Shown here: in pieces, positions 22,945 to 33,822 of the stretch
Layout: each line of letters starts with the position of its first letter
Position numbering within the stretch: position 1 is the first letter of the stretch
Position numbers and translations under genes: made by a program
Assembly: GCF_001194135.2 (NCBI RefSeq)
Contig: NC_068983.1
Span: 28,842,783-28,881,115, forward strand
Reading direction: 5' to 3'
Source: Octopus bimaculoides
Taxonomy: Eukaryota
Length of the DNA stretch: 38,333 nucleotides
Notes under the pieces: generated by a model
Database searches by the model: none
What the model was told of the DNA's origin: nothing
Seen by the model: the letters and a program-made list of their open reading frames with translations, nothing else

Positions 22945-23630
22945 GTTGTGGTGATACCTGCTCAGGAGCCTACACAGAGTTGCAGAAAATGTATGGAGAG
23001 GAGTGGATGAGTTGCACATACGTGTACAAGTGGGTCAGATGTTTCCTAGATGGCCAAAAAAATGTCAATATTGACGAACGTTCTGGGAGACCTGCAACCA
23101 GCAGGACTGAGAAAAACATCACAGATGTGCATGCAGCTGTGAGGGGAAATCGTCGCATCACCATCCGTGAATTATCAGAGGATGTGCAGATTAGTTTCGG
23201 TTCAGTTCAGTGTATTATCATTGAATATTTGGGTATGAGACGCATGTTTGCCAAGTTTGTGTCAAAACTTCTTTCAGCTGACCAAAAAGACACTCAGGTT
23301 TCAGTTGCACAAGATCTCCTTGATTGTGTTGAGAACAAAGAAAACATTTTGAAAACTTTGCATAGGCCTCTGGGCAGGTATCACCAAGCTTTTAGCAATA
23401 TTTGATACAAATTCTCTAATCAACTTTCTGTCATGGTCAATGTGAAGATCACACGCAACACACCTTCCTTTTAAGTACAGTTGTAAACAGTGGAAGTGAG
23501 CTAGAATGTTAAAACTTAGTGCGCATGTACAGCAGAGTTCAAGGTCAGTTTGTGCCAAGCGGCTTCACCCTGCGTGCTTTAGCTTTGTTACTATGGCAAC
23601 AGTCCAGATACTTATTGATCAGGCCTCATA
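22945..23630 (+). mobile_element. Mariner (Tc1/mariner) internal-deletion derivative, 5' TIR missing
   Basis: Transposase HTH ORF plus mariner-type 3' TIR agtccagatacttattgatcaggcctca (23601-23628) followed by TA. Confidence 0.85.
22950..23405 (+). pseudogene. Truncated mariner transposase (bipartite HTH DNA-binding region only)
   Basis: GDTCSGAYTELQKMYGEEWMS..VYKW..F.DG....DERSGRP..SRT...I..V...V..NRRITIRELSEDV.IS.GSV..II...LGMRR..AKFV.KLL is a typical mariner N-terminus; stop at 23403-23405 before the DD34D domain. Confidence 0.88.
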
Positions 23631-25449
23631 TATGCTTGGCTGGAGGGAGTAGTTTGGTCACACTTAGTATAGGTGTAGTATGTTTGCTGTGAAAGAAAGA
23701 TTTTCACAATTCCATGTCCCACAAGAAAAAGGAAAAGGAAAAATTTAGATCCCACACCCCACCAAAATTCTCCCAGGCTCCACCAGTGGGGTGCATGCCC
23801 CACATTGGGTTTCACTGATTTAAGGTATCCAAGAGTCATGTGGTGTTAAACCTGATGACAAATTAAGTATATCACCCAAGGTCATGTACCATTCATTGGA
23901 CAAGCTTCAACACAGTTTCCACCTACAAAATTTCCCATACAAGAATTTAGTCTACTCAAAGCTATAGTATAAAACACTTTCCCAACTTTCCACGTGGATG
24001 AGATTGAACCCAGAAATATGAGGTTGTAAAAGTAAATTTGTTAACTACACAGCTATGCATGCATTACTGTAAATTAAAGTAAAGGTAAAACATGGCCACA
24101 AAATTAATCATATGGAAGTGACAGCTCAGCAGTAAAAATGCAAACAACTGAAATCTAAAATTAAGTAAAACCTCAAGGTATTATAAAATCTTTTCATCTT
24201 TGGTAAAATCAGAATTTAATTTAAACATGTTTCTTGTTATAATTTTGAAGAACAATCTTTAGATTTCTGTTGTAAAGTTTTGCTTCATTACATTGTGATT
24301 TCAGAAACAATAACAATAACAAAATAAAACGTATTAAAAAAAATCTTCTACTTAAGCACTAGCACAGCATAATTGCAACTGCAAACACCAGGAATTTAAT
24401 TATTGAAACAACTGAAGAGTCCTTTCGTTCTCTGGTAACCATGTTCTATTCTTCTAGCAAAAATTCCTGTCCATAAACATAAGGTTTCAACAGAGAGTAG
24501 ATTACAACTAATCAAACATATAAACATGTGGCTTTCTAAATATATATAATTATATTAGTTCTTTCTGCCAGAACCGATTTAGCATATAACAATTGAGTCA
24601 GGCAGCAGGCATTTGTTTCCAAAAGAAATTCTTTCTGCATAGTTAGTAAAGCTCTGTTTTCAACACAAACAAAATTAAAAACAAAACAGCAATAACTATA
24701 TCTACTGTAAAGATTTCTTCTACCTCTTGATTGCATCAATGAAATATCGATGGCTATGTAATCCTAGAAATAACATTTTTTTTTTCATCTAACACAGTCC
24801 TTTTATTTTGATATACTGTCAATTTCAAAATGGCTGCCTGCAATGTGATATAGAAGTTCATGAATAAACAATTCATTTTATTAAACAAATCTTTTAATTT
24901 TGTTTAGCCAAAGTAACAAATCCATGAATCTATGCATCTATTCTATTCTATTGTTGCTGCCAGTTACAATAGCTGACACAGCATTCATGAAAACTGCATA
25001 AAAATTATGCAAGTTTATCTTTCTATTCAAAATGGAAGATAGAAATCAGATTATAAAAGATTAGAAAATATAAACTCTAAAGTTTATGAACAAACTTTCT
25101 GAAAGGCCATCACAGAAGGATTTAGAAAGTAGTGTTTTGAAAACTCAAATATAGACTGAAGTAAAAATTAAAGCTTCTGTGTACCATTTGTAACCCATTG
25201 TAATTCTCCAAAATTCTAAATGATATGAATAGCTAAATGATTTAGTTGTAATAATATAAAAGGAGTAAATAGAGTTTGCAAAAGTTGGCTACTGGTGCAG
25301 TTGTCTGGCAAAGAAGTTCACATTACAAGAGTATGGTTCCAAGTTTGATTTTACAGAATGACACCATGTGCAAATGTCTTTTACCATGCCCTTGGGTCAT
25401 TCAAAGCCTTATGAGTGAAATTTGCCACACAGAAACTGTGTGGAATCCA

Positions 25450-25682
25450 AGGTGGTGAGCTGGCAGAAACGTTAGCATGCCGGGCGAAATGTTTAGAGGT
25501 ATTTCGTCTGCCGTTACGTTCTGAGTTCAAATTCTGCCGAGGTTGACTTTGCCTTTCATCCTTTCGGGGTCAATAAATTAAGTACCAGTTATGCACTGGG
25601 GTCGATGTAATCGACTTAATCCCTTTGTCTGTCCTTGCTTGTCCTTTCTATGTTTCGCCCCTTATGGTCATTAAAAGAAATA
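25450..25682 (+). mobile_element. Young full-length SINE family A with 19-bp TSD (18/19 identical)
   Basis: agaaactgtgtggaatcca 25431-25449 vs agaaattgtgtggaatcca 25683-25701; A box tggcagaaacgttag, B box gagttcaaattc. Confidence 0.9.
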
Positions 25683-26084
25683 AGAAATTGTGTGGAATCC
25701 ATCAAAGAGATTATTCCTCCTTTTGTAAAGTATACTTCATTTGTTATCCAGTTTAACACCACCATTTGGTACTTGGTTGTCTTTAGGAGATCCCACTCAG
25801 TTCCAAAAATTCAGACCAGGAATGACTATGGTATGGGAATAATTTTCCCCCCTTTTACCAACCAGTTAAAAAGGTCAGAGACACTGCTGTTCCTTATCTA
25901 ACAAAGAGATTTTTTTTTAAATTTAACATTTGTAATCCATTGTAAATTAAACAAAATGCTAAATGATATTAATAACTATTTATAAATGATTTTGTTACAG
26001 TAATAGTTAAGTGATAGATATTTAGCATAGGAACTGGGAAGAGATACCAAAGTAACAGAAAGAATTATAATAAAACTAAATCAT

Positions 26085-26270
26085 CGTCATCATCATCTTC
26101 ATTTTCATCATTTAGCATCTGCATTCCATGCTGTAATAGGTTGGACGGTTTGAGATCTGACAGATCAGAGGACTGCATTGAATTCCAGTGTTATTCTTAG
26201 TATGGTTTCTACAGCTGGATGCCCTTCCTTACACCAACCACTTTACAGAGTGTACTGAGTTCTTTTTATG
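26085..26270 (-). mobile_element. Degraded family D tail
   Basis: catcatttagcatctgcattccatgctgtaataggttggacgg...ggatgcccttcct. Confidence 0.6.
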
Positions 26271-26740
26271 TTACAGCAGCACCGGTGAAGTCACATGACA
26301 AATAAAAAAAATTTTAAATGTCAAGCTCAGGACTGAAAAGCCTTGGAGTAAGTCTAGCCATGATGAAAAATTTTAGTCAGTAGGAGAGAAAACAGGACTC
26401 CACTGTCATCTGAAAAGTGGTCGTATAAAATATGCAATAAAAGAAACTTTAGGCACACAATAGATGCAGTGCAGTTGCAGACAGGAAGAGATGGACTTTG
26501 TATGATGCAGATGTACAGAAGTAGTTAACAATAAGAGTATTCATTGAAATGAACTGACTCAAATGTCTAAAAGGCTCCCTAAAACTAGTTGGTAACTTCC
26601 ATTAGATGGGAGCAATGTAATCAGCAACTGAGTTGGGTATTCAGAAAGCAAAGTAGTAAGGGCTATAATGGTGGTGAGGGAACAAAATGATGGAATACAG
26701 ACACTAATGGATGAAGATGATGATGATGATGATGATGATA

Positions 26741-27140
26741 CAATGGGCTTCTTTCAGTTTCTTATTTCTTTACTGCCCACAAGGGGCTACACACAGTGGG
26801 GACAAATAAGGACAGACAAAGGGATTAAGTCGATTACACTGACCCCAATGCATAACTGGTACTTGATTTATCGACCCCGAAAGGATGAAAGGCAAAGTCA
26901 ACCTTGGTGGAATTTGAACTCAGAACAGAGCGGCAGACGAAATACCGCTAAGCATTTTGCCCGGCGTGCTAGCGTATCTGCCAGTTCACCGCCTTCTTTC
27001 AGTTTCTGTCAACTGAATCCATTCACAAGGCTTTGGTCAATTTGGATTTTAGTGAAAGACACTTTCCCAAGATGCCATGTCGTGAAATTGAACTTGAAAC
27101 CATACAGTTGGGAAGCGAACTCCTTAACCAGATACTCAGG
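26741..27140 (-). mobile_element. Older family B SINE head interrupted by a family A insertion
   Basis: aatgggcttctttcagtttct resumes as cttctttcagtttctgtcaactgaatcc after the insertion. Confidence 0.8.
26763..26992 (-). mobile_element. Young SINE family A nested in a family B SINE, 15-bp TSD
   Basis: TSD cttctttcagtttct at 26748-26762 and 26993-27007. Confidence 0.9.
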
Positions 27141-27879
27141 CCTGTGCCTTAAGATATGAATCTCAGCTGAACATTCCATGGTACTTAACTGAGCTTTCAA
27201 ATTAATTTCTTGCATTAGCACATTGTGATGCAATCTGTAGATGGCAACTGTCTCTGATATTAATCCTCTGTGCATTAACAGCACTTATTTTGTTGACCAC
27301 TGAAGGATGAAAGACAAAGCCAACTTCAGCAAAATTTCAACTCAGAATGTTGAAGGATGTAACTAAATACCACAAGGCATTGTGTTTGGTGCTCTATCAA
27401 TTCGACCAATTTGCTGCTCTAAAACTGAACAGTCATCCTACTCTGCAGATTAAGTATTACTCAAGCTACACTATTTCAATCAAGTTGATTGTTATTATAT
27501 GTGATAATTAGTTGCACATATTACTGTATCAGGCACTATCTTTTAAAGTACTGAGATGGATTTTCTATGATTTTTAATCGTTGCAGTCATTGATAAAGAA
27601 TTGTGCATTCAATACAGACATAAAAACAAAAAAATGATGGTGATGACAATAATTATGATAATGCTGTACAGAGCAGAACCATCCAGAAGGGAAATTTGTT
27701 AATGGATTAACAAATGATACTGATTGATATATCATGTTACATATTAAATATTAACATGCTATTTAAATGTCTTTCCTAACTAGATAAAGTAATCTTTCAA
27801 TTGGTGAAGTTCTGTCTGGTTAGGGTACAACCAGCAAATGATGTTCCGTAGAATTAATTATTTGACAATGGATAACTGC

Positions 27880-28036
27880 AGGCATGGCTGTGTGGATATG
27901 GAATTTGTTTTGTAATCATGTGGTCTTAAGTTCTATCTCACTGTGCAGCACCCTGAGCAAGTATATTCTACTCAAATCTCATGCTGACCAATTCCTTGTT
28001 AGTGAAAACAGTAGACAGAAGCTCTATGGAAGCTTG

Positions 28037-28040
<4 letters not shown>
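27880..28040 (+). mobile_element. Degraded family B SINE head
   Basis: ggcatggctgtgtgg...ccctgagcaagtat. Confidence 0.55.
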
Positions 28041-28083
<43 letters not shown>

Positions 28084-28400
28084 NNNNNNNNNNNNNNNNN
28101 NNNNNNNNNNNNNNNNNNNNNNNNNNNNNNNNNNNNNNNNNNNNNNNNNNNNNNNNNNNNNNNNNNNNNNNNNNNNNNNNNNNNNNNNNNNNNNNNNNNN
28201 NNNNNNNNNNNNNNNNNNNNNNNNNNNNNNNNNNNNNNNNNNNNNNNNNNNNNNNNNNNNNNNNNNNNNNNNNNNNNNNNNNNNNNNNNNNNNNNNNNNN
28301 NNNNNNNNNNNNNNNNNNNNNNNNNNNNNNNNNNNNNNNNNNNNNNNNNNNNNNNNNNNNNNNNNNNNNNNNNNNNNNNNNNNNNNNNNNNNNNNNNNNC
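28084..28400. other. Assembly gap (N run)
   Basis: N run after (TA)n. Confidence 0.99.
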
Positions 28401-28554
28401 ACTGACAAAATTCTGTGCTGCATCTGTGTTGAAGTGAATCTAACGGATTTTGTGTGTTATTTTAAATGGCTTATAAACACCTTCCACGCTGCAATTGTTT
28501 TCATTCCAGCACACGATCTCAGATCAGGTCACTTGCTATGCAAGTGCAGCTCCG

Positions 28555-28595
<41 letters not shown>

Positions 28596-28676
28596 AAGGG
28601 CTTCTTTCAGTTTCTGTCTACCAAATCCACTCACAAGGCTTTGGTCAGCCCAAGGCTATTGAAGAAGACACTATAA

Positions 28677-28707
<31 letters not shown>

Positions 28708-28769
28708 GCCTAATATTTTTTTTTTGATTTATAAATTTATAATTATAATGATTAATAATCAAACACAAA

Positions 28770-28965
28770 TAAGGCAGTGAGCTGGCAGAATTGTTACCAC
28801 ACCAGGCAAAATGCTTAGCCGTATTTCATTTGTCTTTATGTCGAGTTCAAATTCCACTGAGGTTGACTTTGTCTTTCATACTTTTGGGAGTCGATAAAAT
28901 AGGTACCAGCTGAGCACTGGGGTCGATGTAATCAACTTACCCTACCCCCAAAAGTTCTGACCTTG
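28770..28965 (+). mobile_element. SINE family A, degraded
   Basis: ggcagtgagctggcagaa, gagttcaaattcc. Confidence 0.75.
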
Positions 28966-29181
28966 TGTCAGCACAAATGCTTTTTACATGAAACCAGCAG
29001 GGGTGCTTTGTATGTGGTGCTGGCACAGGTGCCCTTTGCATGGTGCTGACACAGAATATCAAGGCTAAAACAACTGCTACAAAAAAGGTTTTTTTCTGCA
29101 ATTGGGGCACATATAACATAGATTTAGTTCCTGATTCAGAATCAGATTTATTTCATTTTGTTGTTATATCATGATTGCATC

Positions 29182-29570
29182 GTGGAGGTGCAATGGCCCA
29201 GTGGTTAGGGCAGCGGATTCGCGGTCATAGGATCGCGGTTTCGATTCCCAGATCAGGCGTTGTATGTGTTTATTGAGCGAAAACACCTAAAGCTCCACGA
29301 GGCTCCAGCAGGGGATGGTGGCGAACCCTGCTGTACTCTTCCACCACAACTTTCTCTCACTCTTACTTCCTGTTTCTGTTGTGCCTGTAATTCAAAGGGT
29401 CAGCCTTGTCACTCTGTGTCACACTGAATATCCCCGAGAACTACGTTAAGGGTACACATGTCTGTGGAGTGCTCAGCCGCTTGCACGTTAATTTCACAAG
29501 CAGGCTGTTCCGTTGATCGGATCAACTGGAACCCTCGACGTCGTAAGCGACGGAGTGCCGACAGCAACAC
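29182..29570 (+). mobile_element. Full-length SINE family C with ordinary TSD
   Basis: A box tggcccagtggttagg, B box ggtttcgattccc; TSD tgattgcatc at 29172-29181 and 29576-29585 (imperfectly extendable to ~15 bp). Confidence 0.88.
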
Positions 29571-30106
29571 ATATTTGATTGCATCATTCAAACATAGAGA
29601 ATTAATGATATAACAACACCATTAACAGTGACTTAATGAATTAATGTTTATTTAACACAAATCAAAAGAAGAAATTACTCAGAAAGAAAAAAAAGAAAAT
29701 TAAAAAAGAAATGAAAACCTGTTATTGTAATGCTTTGGTTTACAGGTCAATGTCATCAGAGCATAATATTTAGAAAACAAGACAAGACAAGATTACAAAT
29801 TAAGATTGTTAATAACTGACCAATAAGAGTAGCCAAGAATTTTCCTCACTTTGCAGTCCATCCATTACAAGTCACTTTAATAGAATTTCCATAAAATCAA
29901 TAAAACCACTAATAATAAGTATGTAAACAGAGGCTGCTTCCAGAACTGGAAATCAGGAGGTTGTCCAGATTGTTTGATGTAAGTTTTTATGTTTGAAGTA
30001 AGTGAGGTAAGATCAGAGAATTGAATTTTTATTTTTTTTTATTGATGTGTAATTAAGAATTTCTTTTCCTCTCTCTCTCTTATAATCCACTTTCACTGTC
30101 ATCATC

Positions 30107-30229
30107 ATCATCACCATCACCACCAACACCACCACCACCACCACCACCAACACCACCACCACCAATACCACCACTACCACCTCCACCACCAGCAACAGCA
30201 CCAACATCACCAGCAGCAGCAGCACCACC

Positions 30230-30263
<34 letters not shown>

Positions 30264-30266
30264 TCG
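30107..30266 (+). repeat. Compound (CAT/CAC/CAG)n trinucleotide array
   Basis: Visible array adjoining the 3' end of the RTE fragment. Confidence 0.95.
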
Positions 30267-30289
30267 TCCTTCTTCTATGTCTATCCCCC

Positions 30290-30690
30290 CCCCACCGTTT
30301 GCATGAATGGGGCAGATCTTCCCTGTCACAGCATGTTGCCACTTGCTGTGGTCCTTGTCATCTCCTTCATGAGGTCCAGCCTCTTGAGATTAGATTCCAC
30401 CCTTTTTGTGCCAAGTCATTCATTGGTCTTTTCCTGGCTGCCTCTCCTCGGATTGCTCAGTGCTTCTCCATCCAACTATTCTCTTTCATATGCATCACAT
30501 GCCGTTGCCAATCTCTTCACATTACAGCTCATCCCTATTATACCCATTTTTATCTTTGGCTCACTTGTTCTGCATCATCTATGTATCCTAGCCTTACACA
30601 TCCATGGAACGTAATTGCCTCATTTCTATCCAACTTTCACACATCCTTCATATACCTTTTTTGCATTCTTAATTTACAAAGAATTCTCAA
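30290..30690 (-). pseudogene. RTE-clade LINE ORF2 C-terminal fragment, decayed
   Basis: Minus-strand frameshifted translation RNEA...WMCK...KMGI.G..C.V...WQRHVMHMKE...RKRP resembles the RTE consensus RNE..MLRWMC...KLGI.GI...V..RRLRWYGHV.RM...GRGRP. Confidence 0.72.
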
Positions 30691-30754
30691 TATAGATTTC
30701 CTGCCTGGTCCTTTTCTGCATATCAAACATGGCCGTTTTACAAATTCTTTTACT

Positions 30755-31170
30755 CTTTTACTTGTTTCAGTCATTTGACTGCAGCCATGATGGAGTACTG
30801 CTTTAAGGGATTTTTAGTTAAAGAAATTAACCCTAGGACTTATTCTTTGTAAGACTAGTACTTATTCTATCGGTCTGTTTTGCAGAACCACTAAGTTACA
30901 GGGACATAAACACACCAACATCGGTTGTCAAATGATGGTGGGGAGGACAAACACAGACACAAAGACACACGCACACATAAATATATACATACATATATAT
31001 ACATATATATAACGGGTTTCTTTCAGTTTCCATCTACTAATTTCACTCACAAGGCTTTGGTTGGCCCAAGGTTTTAGTAGAAGACATTTGCTCAAGGTGC
31101 CACACAGAAGGACTGAACCCAGAACCATGTGGTTGGGAAGCAAGCTTCTTATCACACAGCCACAGCTGCA
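30755..31170 (-). mobile_element. Family B SINE, full length, nested within the RTE remnant
   Basis: Reverse-complement colinear with 10-392. Confidence 0.85.
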
Positions 31171-31259
31171 CTTATGCCAGTAAAAATTTTATTTCTTTCT
31201 TGCATTAGCAAATTTGATTTTTAAATCTCTTGATTCTAAGCTTAGACTCCATGTCTGAA

Positions 31260-31760
31260 ACATTTCACTAATTTTGTGACTGCTTTGACCCTGAAAACTA
31301 CATCTTCATCATACAAAAGTTGCCATGGACAGCCTGTCTTTAACACTTCTGTTATGTTCTAGAGAAGAGCCAGAATAAAACAGAAGCGCTCAATAAGCAT
31401 CAAATCCGATGGAGATTTATTCTGCATTCCAGCTAATAACCATCACTCCAACTGCATGTGGCTTACCCAGCTCCTACATGATTCAGCAGTTGATTTAATT
31501 CCTATCATTAATAGTTTTATTGTAACATTCAAGTGTAGGTAAGAATGCTATTTTTCTGTCCATGGTATCGCATCAAATACTGTCTTCAAGTCCATGAACT
31601 CTAGCTATTGTATCTTGCTCTTAGTGAGATTATTGTACAAGTTCTTGACAATCTTAACTAAGAAGAACACATTAGCGGAATCCCATCCTGACACAAACCC
31701 AAACTGCCTCTCATCTAAGTTAATTCTCTTCCTAGCTATGCTATAGGCCTTTCTGACATT
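31260..31760 (-). pseudogene. RTE-clade LINE reverse transcriptase fragment, decayed
   Basis: Minus-strand INLDERQFGFVSG (from 31724), FMDLKTVFDAIP and KTGCPWQLLYDEDVV correspond to QFGF.PG, FVDLEKAFD.VP and TGCPWELLYADD; the catalytic motif is mutated and stops are present. Confidence 0.85.
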
Positions 31761-32344
31761 TTCTTAATTTGGTTCATCAATTTGTTGAATTCTGTAGTTG
31801 AAACTTTCTAGAGATCAGGTAATAGTTGACAATACTATTGATACAACAATCATTATGGATAACACCTCCCTCTTTCACTTGATTAATTATGAGTTAATGA
31901 GTGACAAGGACAGGCAATCACCTAGAATGCTAAAATCAGGCAATCATATAGAATGCTAAAATCTGTAGGTGCCACACAGATTTTAAACAACTTAGGCAAA
32001 ACATTTGAAAACAAAGGAAATTACGAATATGTGACAAATTTTTTTTACCTTATTCTTAGCATTTATATCTGTCAACAAATCATTACTGCAGTTGTTTGAA
32101 GACTATGAGCTACTGCTCTTAATATTACTCACCAAACAGCTATAAGTGTAAGAAGGTTTGTATGACTGATCTAAGATATTAAATAACCCTAGCACTGGCC
32201 TGGGTGAGAGAGTTTGTATATGTTTGCACAACCTACAAGAAATAAAAACAAGTCTTCTTCAAGCCACTCTCTTCCACCATCTTTAAAGATATTACATTGG
32301 ATAATGTGAACTGTGGTACACATTGCCTGGAATAAAAGTTAGCA

Positions 32345-32500
32345 GGCTTGGCTGTGTAGTTAGAAGCTTGCTTCCCAACCACATGGTTCTGGGTTCAGTC
32401 ACACAGTCTCATCCTAACCCTTGGGCAAGTGTCTTTTACTATAGTCTCAGTCCAGCCTTGTGAGTGGACTTGGTAGATGGAAACTGAAAGAAGCCCGTCA
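32345..32500 (+). mobile_element. Family B SINE 5' half
   Basis: ggctgtgtagttagaagcttgcttcccaaccacatggttctgggttcagtc...gaaactgaaagaagcccgtc. Confidence 0.75.
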
Positions 32501-32655
32501 TATATACAACAACAATATATATATATGTATATATACATTGTTGTATTTCAGGATGGTCATTTTTGTGAGGTTTTTTGCCAAATAAACACATGCACTATAT
32601 ATTTGTTCTTCACTCATTTATTATTTTTCTTATCTTAACTCATGTCCATTGTCTG

Positions 32656-32700
32656 GAAATCTTTCATCACACATCTGTGACCTCTTCAGCGATACTTCTC
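32656..32700 (-). ncRNA. Degenerate minimal type I hammerhead ribozyme-like motif
   Basis: CUGAAGA-G-GUCACA-GAUG-UGUGAU-GAAA-GAUUUC; core boxes and a 6-bp stem II are present; GAAAGAUUUC is one change from the palindrome GAAAGCUUUC; stem I pairs only partly. Confidence 0.55.
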
Positions 32701-32780
32701 ATCTTCACATGTGCTCTTGCTCCACTTACTCCATTCTGCTTTTCTATGTTGTTTATCCTTATATGCACACGCATTTACGT

Positions 32781-32815
<35 letters not shown>

Positions 32816-33276
32816 CTTAGCAGCAGTATAGCCTTCCCTTCAGCCCCATCCTTTCACCCCATTGTGCTGTTGTTGTCCTAGGACCCAAAAATTTGGTACA
32901 GTTCCTGTATCTCACTGTGTTTGTGTGTTTGCCCACGGTGTCACCATCGTGGTAGTTGTTGTTGTTATTGCCATCATTGTCGCCACTGCCGCTGCTGTCA
33001 TTGTTAGTCTTGTTGTTGATATTGTTGCAGCCATCTGTGAAGTTATTGTGTGTGTGTTTGTGTGTGTATATGGGTTCACTTCTGATGTTGTTTGTATCCA
33101 TGCCCTTTATCTAGATTTTTTTTTCATATCTAGATCTATCTCTATTTCTTATATTTATCACAGGTATGTGACAAAAATATTTTTTTAGATATGTGCATAT
33201 ATGTCTATTGTGTGTATCTGTGTTTTATTTATTAATATTTTTCCTCTCTCTTCTCCTCCCTTCTGTCTTTAGTCAG

Positions 33277-33333
33277 GTGGTGTGGTGTGGTGTGGTGTGG
33301 TGTGGTGTGGTGTGGTGTGGTGTGGTGTGGTGG
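33277..33333 (+). repeat. (GTGGT)n pentanucleotide microsatellite
   Basis: Visible array. Confidence 0.97.
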
Positions 33334-33351
33334 TGGGTGTTATTGTTTTAT

Positions 33352-33822
33352 TCATTTTTTTCTATTGAGGCTCAGTCTGTCTACTGCTATGTGTGTAGCC
33401 TCTGTGATCTGTCTAAGTGTTGTGTCAGTTCTATGCATTGATAATTCCTTAACCTCTGTGCAATTAATTGAGCATGTTGGTAGAGCACTGATGAGCCTTT
33501 CTCTTTGTTGAGCTCTCACCAATTTTCATCTATATGCTCTCCTATGCTGCATGCAGTCTCTCCAATGTAGGTAGTTGTCTGTTTCTGCACCGTTCCTCAG
33601 TACATCATAAGCTATACACTACATTCCTAACCTTACAGTTAACCCATGGGTTCATCCTACATACAACACAATTGTTCTCTGTACATGGGGATTTATCAAA
33701 GGGATAGGTTCTATAGATCAGGGATTTTATAGGGGCACCAGGCCTCTCAACTACCTTAATCCATAGATTAGCCTTACTTAATGTTTTTTTAAAAAGGTAT
33801 GCTAGTAGGCCTCCTACTGAAA
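33352..33822 (-). pseudogene. PLE linker, zinc-finger-like segment and GIY-YIG endonuclease, decayed
   Basis: WIKVVERPGAPIKSLIYRTYPFDKSPCTENNCVVCRMNPWVNCKVRNVVYSL*C then, frameshifted, TYIGETACSIGEH (33555-33569) and LRQITEATHI...LNRK. Confidence 0.85.

Noticed and set aside
26668-27159. Recurring peptide TDKGIKSIT...NWYLIYRPRKDERQS in several ORFs (also 5702-6037, 12119-12319)
   Set aside because: It is the antisense translation of SINE family A, not a gene family.
29182-29260. tRNA-like sequence with A and B boxes
   Set aside because: It is a SINE head continuing into ~310 bp of SINE body with a TSD, with no full cloverleaf and 3' acceptor end. It is not a tRNA gene.
33603-33608. In-frame TGA next to Cys in the PLE endonuclease (possible selenocysteine, as reported for some Naiad PLEs)
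   Set aside because: The element has many other stops and frameshifts, the TGA does not align to a Cys position, and no SECIS was recognised. CpG decay is simpler.
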